Source of the DNA: the human T2T-CHM13v2.0 reference genome, Homo sapiens
Strand: one strand, 5' to 3'
NCBI RefSeq assembly: GCF_009914755.1
Contig: NC_060927.1
Length of the DNA stretch: 64,000 nt
Every line of letters starts with the position of its first letter. The first letter of the stretch is position 1. The notes under the pieces were generated by a model. That model ran no database searches. It was not told the DNA's origin and saw nothing but the letters and a program-made list of their open reading frames with translations. A program made the translations under genes and the position numbers. Of the stretch, positions 1 through 11,176 are shown one piece after another.

Positions 1-214
1 CCAAGAGCCTCCCTCCCCCAGCTCCAGAACCATCCCTTTCAGGTATAAATCAGCTCAGAAGGTATAAATCAGCTTGGACCCCACCCTGTGGCTTCCACAA
101 TGTAAACCTCAGTGCAACAGCAAGGATCCCACCTTGTTCCCAAGCCCTGGGCTGGCTGTTGTATTGGTCATCTCCCTAGTATACCTTGTTCTTCCCATCC
201 TCCCTCCCCAGACT

Positions 215-274
215 AGTTCAAGACCAGCCTGGCCAACATGGTGAAACCCCATCTCTAAAACTATAAAAAATTAG
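215..274 (+). mobile_element. Isolated internal Alu fragment (B-box region to middle A-rich linker)
   Basis: agttcaagaccagcctggccaacatggtgaaaccccatctctaaaactataaaaaattag matches the 3' half of the Alu left arm; no 5' end, right arm or tail. Confidence 0.9.
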
Positions 275-709
275 GGTCTTCCCACATTATTAGAGTCTTC
301 GGTCTTCCCACATGATTCCCAAGGGTCATAGGCCCTAGAGTCCCCTTGGCAGTATTCCATCCACTGACTGGGGCATTTGTGGTTTCACAATCACTACTGA
401 CCTCTTTGCCTGCCTGGATTCCAACCTCCCATGGACAGGCTGCATGCCCTTGGACACCATGCAAGGCCTCTTCCACACTGAGCCTCTCTATCCCTTACCT
501 ACCTGGCGAGGCCAGATTCCAGCCCCTCACACTAGCTACCCTGAGCACCAAGACGGGGCAGGGAGGATCATGACTGGAGTGGTCAAAGAGGGGTTTCAGA
601 GGAAGAAGGAGCCATCTGTGAACTGGGCTGACTGTGGAAGGGAGGCATATCAATGGCACCCCTTTGTTGGGGTGGGGGGGCACTGCACTGGATAAATGTT
701 GAGAAGTCG

Positions 710-1030
710 TTTTTTTCTTTCCTTCCTTATTTCTTTTTTTTTTTAGAGACAAGGTCTCACTCTGTCACCCAGGCTGGAGTGCAGTGGCAAGATTATAGCA
801 CATGGCAGCCTCAATCTCCCAGACTCAATCAATCCTCCTTCTTCAGCTCCCTAAGTAGCTGGGACTATAGGCGTGTGTCACTCAAGTAGCACTAAGGCCT
901 GACTAATTTTTTTTTTGAGACAGGGTCTTACTATGTTGCTCAGGCTGGTCTCAAACTCCTGGGCGTAAGTGATCCTCCCACCTCGGCTTCCCAAAGTGCT
1001 GTGATTACAGGCATGAGCCACTGCACCTGA
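710..1030 (-). mobile_element. AluJ-type SINE
   Basis: T-rich tail followed by a reverse Alu dimer; degenerate TSD ttgagaagtc (699-708) / ttgagatgtc (1031-1040). Confidence 0.95.
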
Positions 1031-1389
1031 TTGAGATGTCTTGATGTACGAGATTAGAGGAAAGAAAGATTAGAAACAGACTGTAATGAGCTTTGGATGC
1101 CAAGATTGATTGTTCCCCAAATGCTCCCAGGAGGATTCAGTTGAGCGGCCAGGAGTGGGCAGGCACACAGGGTTAGCAAGGATAACCTAGCTAAGTGTTG
1201 GGAAAGTTCCACTTTCCAACCAAACCCAGCAACTCAGCATTCTCCAACCGTGTCACCCCTTCAAACCCACAAACTGTTATAAATACTTGCTAAAGCCCTT
1301 TTTGCTCATGGTACATCACACTAGTTATGCTAGCTTAAAGAGCACCACATTGTCTCAAACCTTGTCGCCTTTGAACCTGGAGTCTTGTG

Positions 1390-1662
1390 GGCCTGGAAGG
1401 CTTTTCTCTGCCCTTCTGCCTTCAAGATCTAACTTAACCTCCAGGGAAGCCTTGTCCTTCTCTCCCAAAGAGAATCTGACGTTCTATGTTCTCATAGTAC
1501 CCTGAGTGTCTCTCTATTACAATATTTATCACACTGTCTTGTGACTACTTCCTGAGTAATATAAATCTTTCTTTATTGTTACATTGTCGGCTCCTTAAGA
1601 ATAGGGGTTCTGTATTATTTATTCTATAACAGCACCTGGGACGCTCAATAAATGCTTGCTGG
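1390..1662 (+). mobile_element. L2 LINE 3' end fragment
   Basis: ttcaagatctaac..cctccagggaagcc..cagcacctgg..ctcaataaatgcttgctg are typical of the L2 terminus. Confidence 0.65.
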
Positions 1663-1689
1663 TAGTATTATCAATATCATCTCTTATGA

Positions 1690-1820
1690 AATACCTACCA
1701 CATGCTAAGGACTACCATAAGTACTTGAGAAACAGAAACTTGTTTAATCCTCATGTAATTCACCAGTGAAGTATTACTTCGCCCATCTTGTAGATAGGGA
1801 ACCTGACCTTCAGAGAACCT
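1690..1820 (-). mobile_element. MIR SINE fragment
   Basis: tttaatcctca..cccatcttgtagatagggaacctga, reverse MIR core. Confidence 0.65.
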
Positions 1821-2151
1821 CAGCTAACCGTGAGATGAAGGAATGAACCAGCTTGAGCAGGTCAACTCCCGCCCTCCCCAAACCCTGCCATGTACGACTG
1901 ACCCCAGGAATAATCATGCTGTGTCCTTAGGCGGTCTAAGGTGGATGTTTATTTCCAGTTATTGAAATCTACTCAATTTGAGTCCACCAATCAATAAGCT
2001 GCTCTTGAATAAACATCGGGGGCATCTGCTATTCTACAGAGGAACAGCTTGTCATTTCAGCAGCACCAAAGCAAGGTTAATTAGCCCTTTCTATAGCCAG
2101 TGGGCACTGAAGTCTCCCCACGTTCTTACTTTTCCTTCAGCAAAAAGTTTT

Positions 2152-2436
2152 TTGTTTTTAAAATTTTTTTTATTATACTTTAAATTCTGGGACACATGTG
2201 CAGAACATGCAGGTTTGTTACATAGGTATACACGTGCCATGATGCGTTGCTGCACCCGTCAACCCGTCATCTACATTAGGTATTTCTCCTAATGCTATCC
2301 CTCCCCCAGCCCCCCACCCCCCGACAGGCCCTGGTGTGTGATGTTCCCCTCCCTGTGTCCATGTGTTCTCATCGTTCAACTCCCTCTTATGAGTGAGAAC
2401 ATGCGGTGTTTGGTTTTCTGTTCTTGTGTTAGTTTG
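2152..2436 (-). mobile_element. 5'-truncated L1PA (L1PA7/8-like) 3' UTR
   Basis: ttttattatactttaa..catgtgcagaacatgcaggtttgttacatagg; perfect 15-bp TSD tcagcaaaaagtttt at 2137-2151 and 2441-2455, followed by aa (TTTT/AA endonuclease site). Confidence 0.95.
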
Positions 2437-3290
2437 TCCCTCAGCAAAAAGTTTTAATGGCGATCTTTCTAAAAGGCAATGTGCCTCCAAGGTGAAAAGT
2501 TGCAGAGAGGGGGTACAGTCAGTGGACTAACTGAGGAAGGGGCAGAGTGGTATTTCATCACTGCTGTCCAGTGATTGAGGGCAAGTCGGGGAGAACTGTA
2601 CCAGCCCACGCCCAGACGCTGTGCTGAGTGCTCCACATCCTTTCTCTCTCCACACAGCACCTTTCACCTCTTCAAGGAAGCACAGTCTTCACCAACCTCC
2701 TAATCACAAATCGAGCAGTCTTACCCAGCCCTGGGCCTCTTCCCCCGGGAAGAATAGCTTAAGAAGTCAGCCACTGTCTCTTACTGGCTGCCCCTTTGTG
2801 CACACCACCAGCCCCCTTGGCTTATATAAATCTAGACCCTGCCACAGCTTCATCTGTGTTGCTTCTTGCTGACAGGGCATGCTCTGCCTCTCTCTCCTGC
2901 CCTGCCTCCTTTTTCCCTCACAACCTCTTCAATCCACCAGGGTCTTACCCTCAGGCTCGATCTCATTTCACCGAACGCTCGCTCACTGGATGTCCCATGC
3001 AAGGCCGTGTACGACGTGACTTATACCCGTCAGAGACGCCCTCAGAACACCTGCAATCCTTCATATTCACCCTTGACAGTGACTACAGAAACAGAAACCA
3101 GGTTCACAACAAATCCCCCAAACTCATTTAGCAAACAACCCTCTGCCAGAAGCCTATGGGAACAATAGATTTGGAATGGGACTCTGGTCCTAGACCCTTT
3201 CTGTGCCCATCCCAAATTAGAAGGAAGTAGGATGAGGGGGTGAGGGGAGAAAGAATACAAGACAGTGATCACAAAAAGCAAGGATCTAGC

Positions 3291-3352
3291 TGTACCCTTA
3301 CCAAACGTGCATTTTTCTATGTGTACATTATACTTCAATAACACAGATTTTT
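3291..3352 (+). mobile_element. Old L1M 3' terminal fragment
   Basis: gtgcatttttctatgtgtacattatacttcaataa resembles an L1ME/MC terminus. Confidence 0.55.
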
Positions 3353-4704
3353 GTAAGAACCCAAATAAAACAAAAGGCTGACAACTGAAAAATCCATGAC
3401 CAAAATTAATAGCACGGATAATTGAAGCAGGAGAGAGATACAGAAATATTAGTTCACCTTTCTGTTCCTAATAATACCCAAGGGAAGACTGAGCAAGGAG
3501 AACCTTATGGATTAGAAGCAGGTAATTAGTGTGTCCATTTGTTATGTTACACAATTATAGGTCTTCAAAACAACTTTGGCAGAGAGTTGTAGACCTAGAG
3601 AGAAGGGCATGAAAGATAATCTAATCCACCTTTTCATTTTCTAGATGAGGAAACTGAGGCTGAGTGAGGAAGAGTCCTGTCTCCACCCAGCAATCATCTG
3701 CCACATATGCCTTCTCCACCTTCTTATCCACTGACAGAATGGACACGAAGAAAGATGAATGGGGCCACACCAGGGCTAGGAGAGCTCAGATGGACTTTCT
3801 GATATTTCTTGTGCTGGAGAAAGCTCAGAGCAACCTGACATGGCCAGTTGTGCAAAGCATATTGCCTCTCTTTGGTGCCATATCTTTTTCCCTTTGATGT
3901 GTGATCACTTCATTCCCTCCTTGATTGCTTTTCAAAAGCAATCTAAATTAATGCGAACCCACAAAGGGCAAGGCTCTCTGTGAATAATTAGTGCATGATA
4001 ATAAATGCAAATAGGGAAAGATGCAAAGTTGGCCTAAGAACTACTGCTCCCTGCTCCCCTGCCCATTCTCTCCACATTGGGAATTCTCTTTACATTATTA
4101 AAGAAAGAATTTGAGTAAACTTGAGAAAGGGTGGTATTCCTAAGCAGAGCACTGGATTCATTGAAGGATGGTAGAAAGAAAGAACAGAAGCTAAAAGAAT
4201 CAGACCAGTGACTGCTACAGGGTCTTTGTCCTTTTTTTGTAGGTTCCACTGAAGACAAAACACTTGTCTAGATTTCTGCCATTCAGAGGAGGACATATCA
4301 TCACAGTCAAGAAGGAGCCACCATAATTTGGTCCTGTCCACTCAGGATTTTATCCTACAAACCCTGAGCTCCAGTCAATCTTGTCTCCTTTCTGCTCCTT
4401 GGCTAAATCAAATTAAAAACAAATCCAAAGCCGGGGATGAGATGTGTTCAGACCTTCCGTAAAACTGTCTTGAATATTATGCAGAGAGAACTGGACAAAC
4501 TGAAGGTTAGGAAATGTTTCAGCTGGTAAGGCAAGCCCCTGCTTATTCTCCATCAAATCGTTTGTCCCGAGTCCCTTCTGGAAGTCAGTTTTTATCTATT
4601 GTCATATTTAATGGGCAGAGCTGTATGGGAAGGGGATGAAGTATCTGTGGAGCCTGAAAATTGGACTCCTCCAATCCCTTTATTCAAGATCATAGATTAT
4701 TAGA

Positions 4705-4747
4705 TCAATACAAGATTTGGGCAGGGACACACATCCAAACTGTATCA
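4705..4747 (-). mobile_element. MST/THE1 LTR terminal fragment (~43 bp)
   Basis: Reverse complement resembles the 5' end of the in-window MST LTRs at 6882 and 51580. Confidence 0.7.
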
Positions 4748-5115
4748 TCTCCCATGCACCCCATATTCCCTACACTTCCTGTAATCCAGGGACAGAAAAC
4801 AGATTTCAGCTCAAGTGCCTTCTAATCCATTTACAATGGCTGCCAGGAGGGCTATATTCAGAATAGTCTGAGAGCATGTCTGGGATCAGTAGGAAATGGG
4901 TGAGAAAATCCAGAAGTTTCATGTCCTTCACATCTCTGTCATTCCTGATTGAGTCCACCCCTGTCATTTTCACTGTGGCCAAATTAAGGCCTTAAAGGAA
5001 GAACTGACACCCAGCATCACAGAGTAAATTGATAAAAAGAACCCAGCTCTCCCTGAATCTCTTATTTTCCTATAATCCAGAGTTTAAGACAGGAGATGGA
5101 TCTAAGAGTACAGTC

Positions 5116-5312
5116 ATAATACTATAACCATTTCTAAATGCTTACTATGTGCCAAGTACTATCCTAAGTGCTTTTCATGTATATTCGCATTTAATCCTGC
5201 CAGAACACTGAGAAATAATCATCCCCGCTTAACGGGTGAAATTGACACACAAGAGTGGTCAAGTAACCCATCCAATATCCCAGGACCAGTAAGTGACAAA
5301 GTAGGGATTGAC
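5116..5312 (-). mobile_element. MIR SINE
   Basis: gcttactatgtgccaag..catttaatcct..aagtaacccatccaa..cagtaagtgacaaag. Confidence 0.8.
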
Positions 5313-6689
5313 ACACGGCAAGAATAGAACAGAACTGGGTCTAGAAACATCCTCACACAATCGGTGGAAGATTCTGGTAATTACACCAACACATACAAAG
5401 TCAATTCGCATTGGAAAAATACCCCATGAAGGCCCAGTGATCTTTTCAGCCCTGGTGATGTCAAAGGCTGCAGAATAAGGAGTGGAAAGTCCTAGTTACC
5501 ATGACAGGAAGCACCAGTGAGTGATTTAGAAGGCAGGAGATGAGAACAGGCAATTCAGCAGGACTCAGGTAGGACGCTGAGCTCTTGGCATGAACAGATA
5601 GGTTTCGCCATGGTCTCGAGTATGACAGGTTGGTCCCAAAAGGTCCAGTTTTGCTCAAAAGATTCCCTGAAACTGAAAATGTAGTATAACGGAATATCAC
5701 TGGCTGGCTCCAATCCTCGGGGCTTGCTGTTTCAGAAGAGAAAGAGGCGCCCATCGATGTATTTATAGGCTTAAAGCTGGCATGCACTGAAGCTACCTGG
5801 GGTTACTCAACAACTGTTTTAGGGCACATTTCCTCCATCTTTTTGTTTCATTAGGTTTTAGTCGGTCAGCTATCTGGGGCCTGAATTAGGATTTCACACA
5901 CATCCAGAGCCAAATGACAAAACAAACAAAAGAAGCCCTGTGACTAAAACAGAACTTGGGGTCAGCAGCTCAGTAAGGGTGGCCCCCTGGAAACAACTCC
6001 TGTGTAGGATCAAAGGAAAGTCAAGTGGTATGTCACATCCCAGGGCTGGGGACCCTTAGGGGAGGGGAGCCCCACTGCCTTGAGCTCAGCCAGTCACCCC
6101 TTTGTTCCACGACCTTGGCCTGCAAAGTTCTTCCCTCCCATCCCTGAGCAAAATCCTAAAGTTCCTTCAAGTTCTGGCCCAAGTGTCGACTTCTTTGGGA
6201 AGTCTTCCCTTACTCCATCCCTACCCCACCTCTTCTTCCTACAGAAAAAAAAAGAAGTTTCTCGTCCCCCTCCTCCACACTCTGTCCTCAGTTCCCAGCC
6301 CATCCCACAAGTCTCTGGAGACTGGGAGAGCATAGGTGTGGAGTCGCCCTCATTCACCACTTTAGAGAGACTGGAACAACATCAGCAGCCCTGTGGAGGC
6401 AAGCCCAGGCCCAGGCACTATGGTCTCCCGGATTATAATGATTCACACACGGAAAACATTGGAGAGAAAAAGCTGAAAAGGAATATGCTGCCCAAATTTC
6501 TCTACCATGAGCAAGTATTGCTTTTATCATTGGAAAAACATAAAATAAACATTTTAATGGACTGCACATTTCTCACGCTAAAGGAGCTAATGGTGTTTCC
6601 TATTGTGTGGAAAACAGACCTGAACCCATCCACAGGATGCTGAAGAATCCACAAATTACGGCACGCATTGACAGTGCCTATGTACATGG

Positions 6690-6876
6690 GAAGGAGGAAA
6701 CTCAGCCTGCCTGGGGCATCAGGGAAGGCTCCACACAGGACAGGATGAGTGAGAGCTCTCCAGTTAGACTAGGGAAGATGAGGCAGAAGGGAATTCAAGG
6801 CAGAAGGAACAGTATGGTCAAAGGCAGAGTCATGAATGTGCAAGCTAAATAATATGGCTGGAATGTGGGAGATATG
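6690..6876 (-). mobile_element. L2 fragment (left part of an L2 interrupted by two LTRs)
   Basis: tcagggaaggct..aggcagaaggaacagtatggtcaaaggc, reverse L2 motifs. Confidence 0.7.
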
Positions 6877-6881
6877 GGAGA

Positions 6882-7297
6882 TGATATCATTTGGATGGGT
6901 GTCCCCGTTCAAATCTCACATTGAACGATAATCCACAGTGTTGGAGGTGAGCCCTGGTAAGAGGTGACTGGATCATGGGGGCAGATTTCTCATGAATGAT
7001 TAGCACCATCCCCCTTGGTACTGTTTTCACCACAGTGAGTTCTTGTGAGTTCTGGTTATTTAAAAGTGTGTAGCATCTCCCCCCTCACTTTCTCTCACTC
7101 CTGTTTTTGCCATGTGATATGCCTACTCCCCTTTCAGGTTCCACCATGATCGTAAGTTTCCTGAGGCCTCCCCAGAAGATGTTGGCACCTCATTTCCTGT
7201 AAAGCCTGCAGAACCATGAGCGAATTAAATCTCTTTTCTTTATAAATCACCCAGTCTCAGGTATTCCTTTATAGCAATGCAAGAATGGCCTAATACT
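6882..7297 (+). mobile_element. MSTA-like solo LTR (ERVL-MaLR)
   Basis: tgatatcatttggatg..cccagtctcaggtattcctttatagcaatgcaagaatggcctaatac; 5-bp TSD ggaga at 6877-6881 and 7298-7302. Confidence 0.95.
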
Positions 7298-7312
7298 GGA
7301 GAGAATCGTGGA

Positions 7313-7950
7313 TGTGAGGTATGCAATAAAAGGTTAACTCCACTAGCTTGGGGTCCTCAAACTCTGCACCTTCCAAAGAAAGAACTGGCCCTTGACCAGC
7401 CCCCGGGAAATAACCTCTGAGCCCTTGGAATATCGTGCCTGATGGAATAGAGTATCTTTGTATCGCTGGGGCTTTGGGCCACCCCACATAGTTTATGCTA
7501 ACAGTGTAATTCATGATAAAGGCCTGTTTTTGTTTACCTGGAGTCCCAGCCCATGCTGTATCGGTTTGATTCCAGGCATGCAGGGGTTGCATAGAGACTG
7601 AGTAGCCAAGGTCAGTCACGTGGGTGACTCATACCTCCGTGACTGACTCCCTTCTCCTAACAAAAACCCTGGACACCAAGGGGCAGTTGGGTTTCCCTGC
7701 TATGTTTTGTCACACATCATTGCTGGGAGAGTTCAGTGCTATCCAAGTGACTCCCCCGGGAGAGGACAACTGGAAATTTATGCCTGGTGTCTTCCTGGAC
7801 TCCGACCTATGCACCTTTTTCCTTGGATGATTTTAACCTGTCTCCTTTTGCTGCAATGAACCATAACCATGAGTATATCAGCTTTTCTAATTTTTGTGAG
7901 TCCCTCAAGTGAATTATCAAACCTAAGGTAGTTTTGGGACCCCCATCACA
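7313..7950 (+). mobile_element. MER77/MER21-family solo LTR
   Basis: TG..CA ends; ttccaaagaaagaactggcccttga..aacctctgagcccttggaatatc..aaccataaccatgagtat..gggacccc. Confidence 0.8.
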
Positions 7951-8400
7951 GAGAGTCAAACAGGGGCAGGGCAAGAAGAGCTGCTTTTCCTGGAAGGCTA
8001 ATGAGTCTGAACTTCGCCCTGGAGGTAATCGTTATAGTAACTCCAGGCTCTAACCTGGAGCTGACATGATAAGGTCAAATGTACACCTCTAGAAGACTTC
8101 CGACTGCAGAGGGGAATGGATGGGGGAGCTGAGGGAGGAGAGCTGAAGCAGGAAGACCATGGCCTGGAAAGAGATGGCTGAACCAGTCCAGGTAAGAGCT
8201 GGTGGGCCCTTGGTAGTGGGCAGTGGCCACGGCAAAGGACTAAACTCAAGAGACAGAAAATAGATACAACAAGACTTGCCAGCCAATTAGACTGTGGGGT
8301 GAGGGAGACAAGTCAAGGACGACTCCCAGATTTCTGGCCTGGGCAATTGGAGGGATGATGAAGTCAGTCACTGAAGTGAGAAATCCTGAGTGGGGAAGCT
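7951..8400 (-). mobile_element. L2 fragment (continuation)
   Basis: gaagcaggaagacca..gtccaggtaagag..gtcaaggacgactcccagatttctggcctgggcaattgg. Confidence 0.75.
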
Positions 8401-9454
8401 GATGTTCAGGGGCTTGAGGGAGGTTCTGACCCCCAAGCCCAGCCTGGTACTTTCACTGTGTTCATTTCTACAATTCAGGAACCATCCGATTGCTCTTTTT
8501 TCTCTCCTTGAAGCCATCCCCTTAGCCCTCTGCCCACAGTGATCACTAACTGATTGCTCCTCCTTAAAAGCCACCGAAAAGTGTGCTTGGCTGATCTCCC
8601 TGACCTCAATTTCTCTGCTGGCAGAATCACAAGAAAGGCATCAGCACCTTCTGTGAAATGGGGAGCCATGCAGAGGAGGTGCCCAGGTGGGTGGCAGGGG
8701 CCTAAATAAACCACAGCTATGCGAGGAGGTTTCAAACACCAAGTGCTGGCGGGAGATGGGGATCCTGGGCCAGACCCTGGGGAGGTGGGACTAAGATCCC
8801 TGTGACACTGGGTTGGAGTTGGGGGCAGGGTTGAAGGAAATCATGAGAAACAAAGGCTCTGGGGGCTGCACAGAACGTCTCCCCTTGGCCTGGGGCTAAG
8901 CTGCACTTTATGCATTTCCAGGTGGCGAGGAGTCCATGTCAGCTGCCGTCATCCACACCACAGATCAGACATGGCAAAGAGTGGCCAGGCCTTCTGAGTG
9001 AAGGTGATCCAACCTGTCACCAAGCCTAAGGGCAAATCCTGGCTGTGCTGTGATGGCTCCAACAACCCCAAACAGCAGCGCAGAGGCTGCAGCCGCCCTC
9101 GGAGGCAACACTGGGAAACGCTCATTAGCAGCCTTCCATTGCTCACCCGCCCCATCCCACCTCTGTGCATCCCAGATCATCAGCGAAGTGCACAGCTGGC
9201 TTCCATCCTCGGAGCCTTCCTCCTTCATTTGCCTATTCAACAGTTACAAAGGCCTGAGTTGCAAAGGGGCTTACAACCCATTCCACCCAGAAGAAAGAGA
9301 ACTGAGACTGAGCAAGACAGAGAATAGGTGGAAGGGGAGATGAAACCAAGCAATCTCTAGATCCCAAATGGGGACCCTGATGTAGCAAGAGCCTCTTTTA
9401 AATCCTTTTCCAATAGGGTAATATGGAAAATAGTTGAAAGCACAAGCCAAGTGG

Positions 9455-9648
9455 GGCTGGAATCCCAAATGGGCCATTTACTAGCTGTGTGACTGGACAA
9501 GTAATTTCATATTTCTGGGCCTCGATTTTTCTCATCTGTAAAATAGAAAAAAAAAAACCTATGTCATAACGTTGATAAACAGATTAGATGAGCTAAGATC
9601 TAAAATGTCTTCTATTCAGTAGGTGCTCAATAAATGTTATCTATTTTT
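9455..9648 (+). mobile_element. MIR SINE
   Basis: ccatttactagctgtgtgac..ctcatctgtaaaat..gtaggtgctcaataaatgtt. Confidence 0.85.
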
Positions 9649-9789
9649 ACGATTGAGTCTCTAAGTCTGGAGATTAAGGAGGAAAGTTTCACATGCTGGG
9701 TTCTGCAGGTAATACAGTGAGACATGGTTTCTGTACTCATGCTCCTAACTTAGGTGGCAACAGCTGAGAGGATAGTCTGAGGCTGTGCA

Positions 9790-9926
9790 GGGCTGAAAGC
9801 CTCCTGAGAGGTCATCTGATCCCCTATTTTCATGGGTGAGAAAACAGAGATGTAAAACAACCTTCTCCCAAAGTCAACAGCAAGATAGTGCCAAAGTCAA
9901 CACTAGAACCCAGGGCTCCAGGCTTC
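9790..9926 (-). mobile_element. MIR/MIR3 fragment
   Basis: gaggtcatct..attttcatgggtgagaaaacagag..cccaaagtca..ctagaacccagg. Confidence 0.65.
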
Positions 9927-10014
9927 TATTGTTCTTTCCCCTCCAATAAAAACCTAATGACAGGATGCCACAAGTCAGGACGTGAATAAAATTTCAAATA
10001 ACTTGCCATAGAGA

Positions 10015-10870
10015 ACACTGTGCCCTGTCCAGATCCCTGTTCCCAGGCCATGTACCATCCCTTGGCTGCTTTGGGTGGTGGCTACCAGTGGCTCACAGCT
10101 GCCCTGTCCTCTGGAGAATTGCCACCCCCACCGTCCCCACACCCAGCTGATGAGGGAGATTATACCCAGTGCTGTGTTGGCAAATGTTTAGCAGCCACTT
10201 TCTGGTGGGGTAGGAGGAGCCCTGGCTTGAGTATTTGCCACTTTCCCTGGTGTAAATATTCCCACCATGGCCGACTCCAAGCTCCCAGCAAGACATCACC
10301 GAAGGTGGAGTTGTGGAGAGATGCACATAGCTCTCCATCACATAGTGTTTCCACCATAAAGATCCAATAACCAAAAATAACTGCAAGTGCACAGATTTTT
10401 AAAACTGTAGTAAAATAATTAGGAAGTGATGACTTTTGAATATGTATTTCCATTGTTTCAGCATTATTTACTTAATTATAACTTTACATGATTTAATTGT
10501 TAATAGTGGCTCACAACGTTCCTAAAAACGTGACCACCACAAGCTCGTAAGGGTCAGGTCCAACACAACACTGGTTTACCCCCACTCCCACCCTGCCAGC
10601 CTGAGGCCAGTGACTGATGACATGAGGATACAAAAAGCTGGCTGTTCATCTCATCTAGGGGTGAGGAACAACTTGTGGTGTGATTAATAGCAGAGCTCCC
10701 ATGGATCAGGCCCAGACTAGGATTACCTGAAGCCACTTCCTCCCTCAGCTCCTCCCCCTCCCCATCCTTCTGTTGCCACCTCCTTACAGGTATTTCCAGA
10801 AAGGCACACCAATAAACAGCATGCACCCAAGGCCCCGTCTCAGGCTCTATTTCTAAAAAACTCAACCTAA
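10015..10870 (+). mobile_element. LTR16A-like solo LTR (ERVL), interrupted by MER63
   Basis: ggctcacagctgccc..ctggagaattgcc (left part); cagagctccc..ggatcaggc..aataaa..ccccgtctcaggctctatttcta (right part). Confidence 0.8.
10167..10573 (-). mobile_element. MER63-family hAT-Blackjack DNA transposon
   Basis: Terminal inverted repeats cagtgctgtgttgg / ccaacacaacactg; internal gtagtaaaataattaggaagtgatga. Confidence 0.85.
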
Positions 10871-11176
10871 GCCATGCACACTGGCTCACACCTGTAATCT
10901 CAGCACGTTGGAAGGTCAAGGTGGGAGGATCACTTGAGCCCAGGAGTTCAAGACCAGCCCAAGCAACACAGCAAGACGCCATCTCTACAAAAAATAAAAA
11001 AATTAGCCAGGAGTGCTGGTGTGCGCCTGCAGTCCTCGCTAATCATGAGGCTGAGGCAGGAGGATCACTTGAGCCCAAGAGTTTGAGGCTACAGTGAGCC
11101 ATGATCACACCATTGCACTCCAACCTGGGTGATAGAGCAAGACCCTGTCTCCAAAAAAAACAACAAAAAAGAAAAG
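10871..11176 (+). mobile_element. AluJ SINE
   Basis: Full dimer with gaggatcacttgagccca in both arms (J-type); A-rich tail. Confidence 0.95.

Noticed and set aside
6214-6256. Minus-strand acceptor-like tracts (also ~26527, ~28522, ~41510)
   Set aside because: Mostly A-runs or repeat-derived, with no convincing donor or reading frame
6080-6643. Longest ORF in the window (187 aa)
   Set aside because: Non-ATG start, no recognisable domain or exon structure, and it runs through an A-tract and probable L2 sequence; chance ORF
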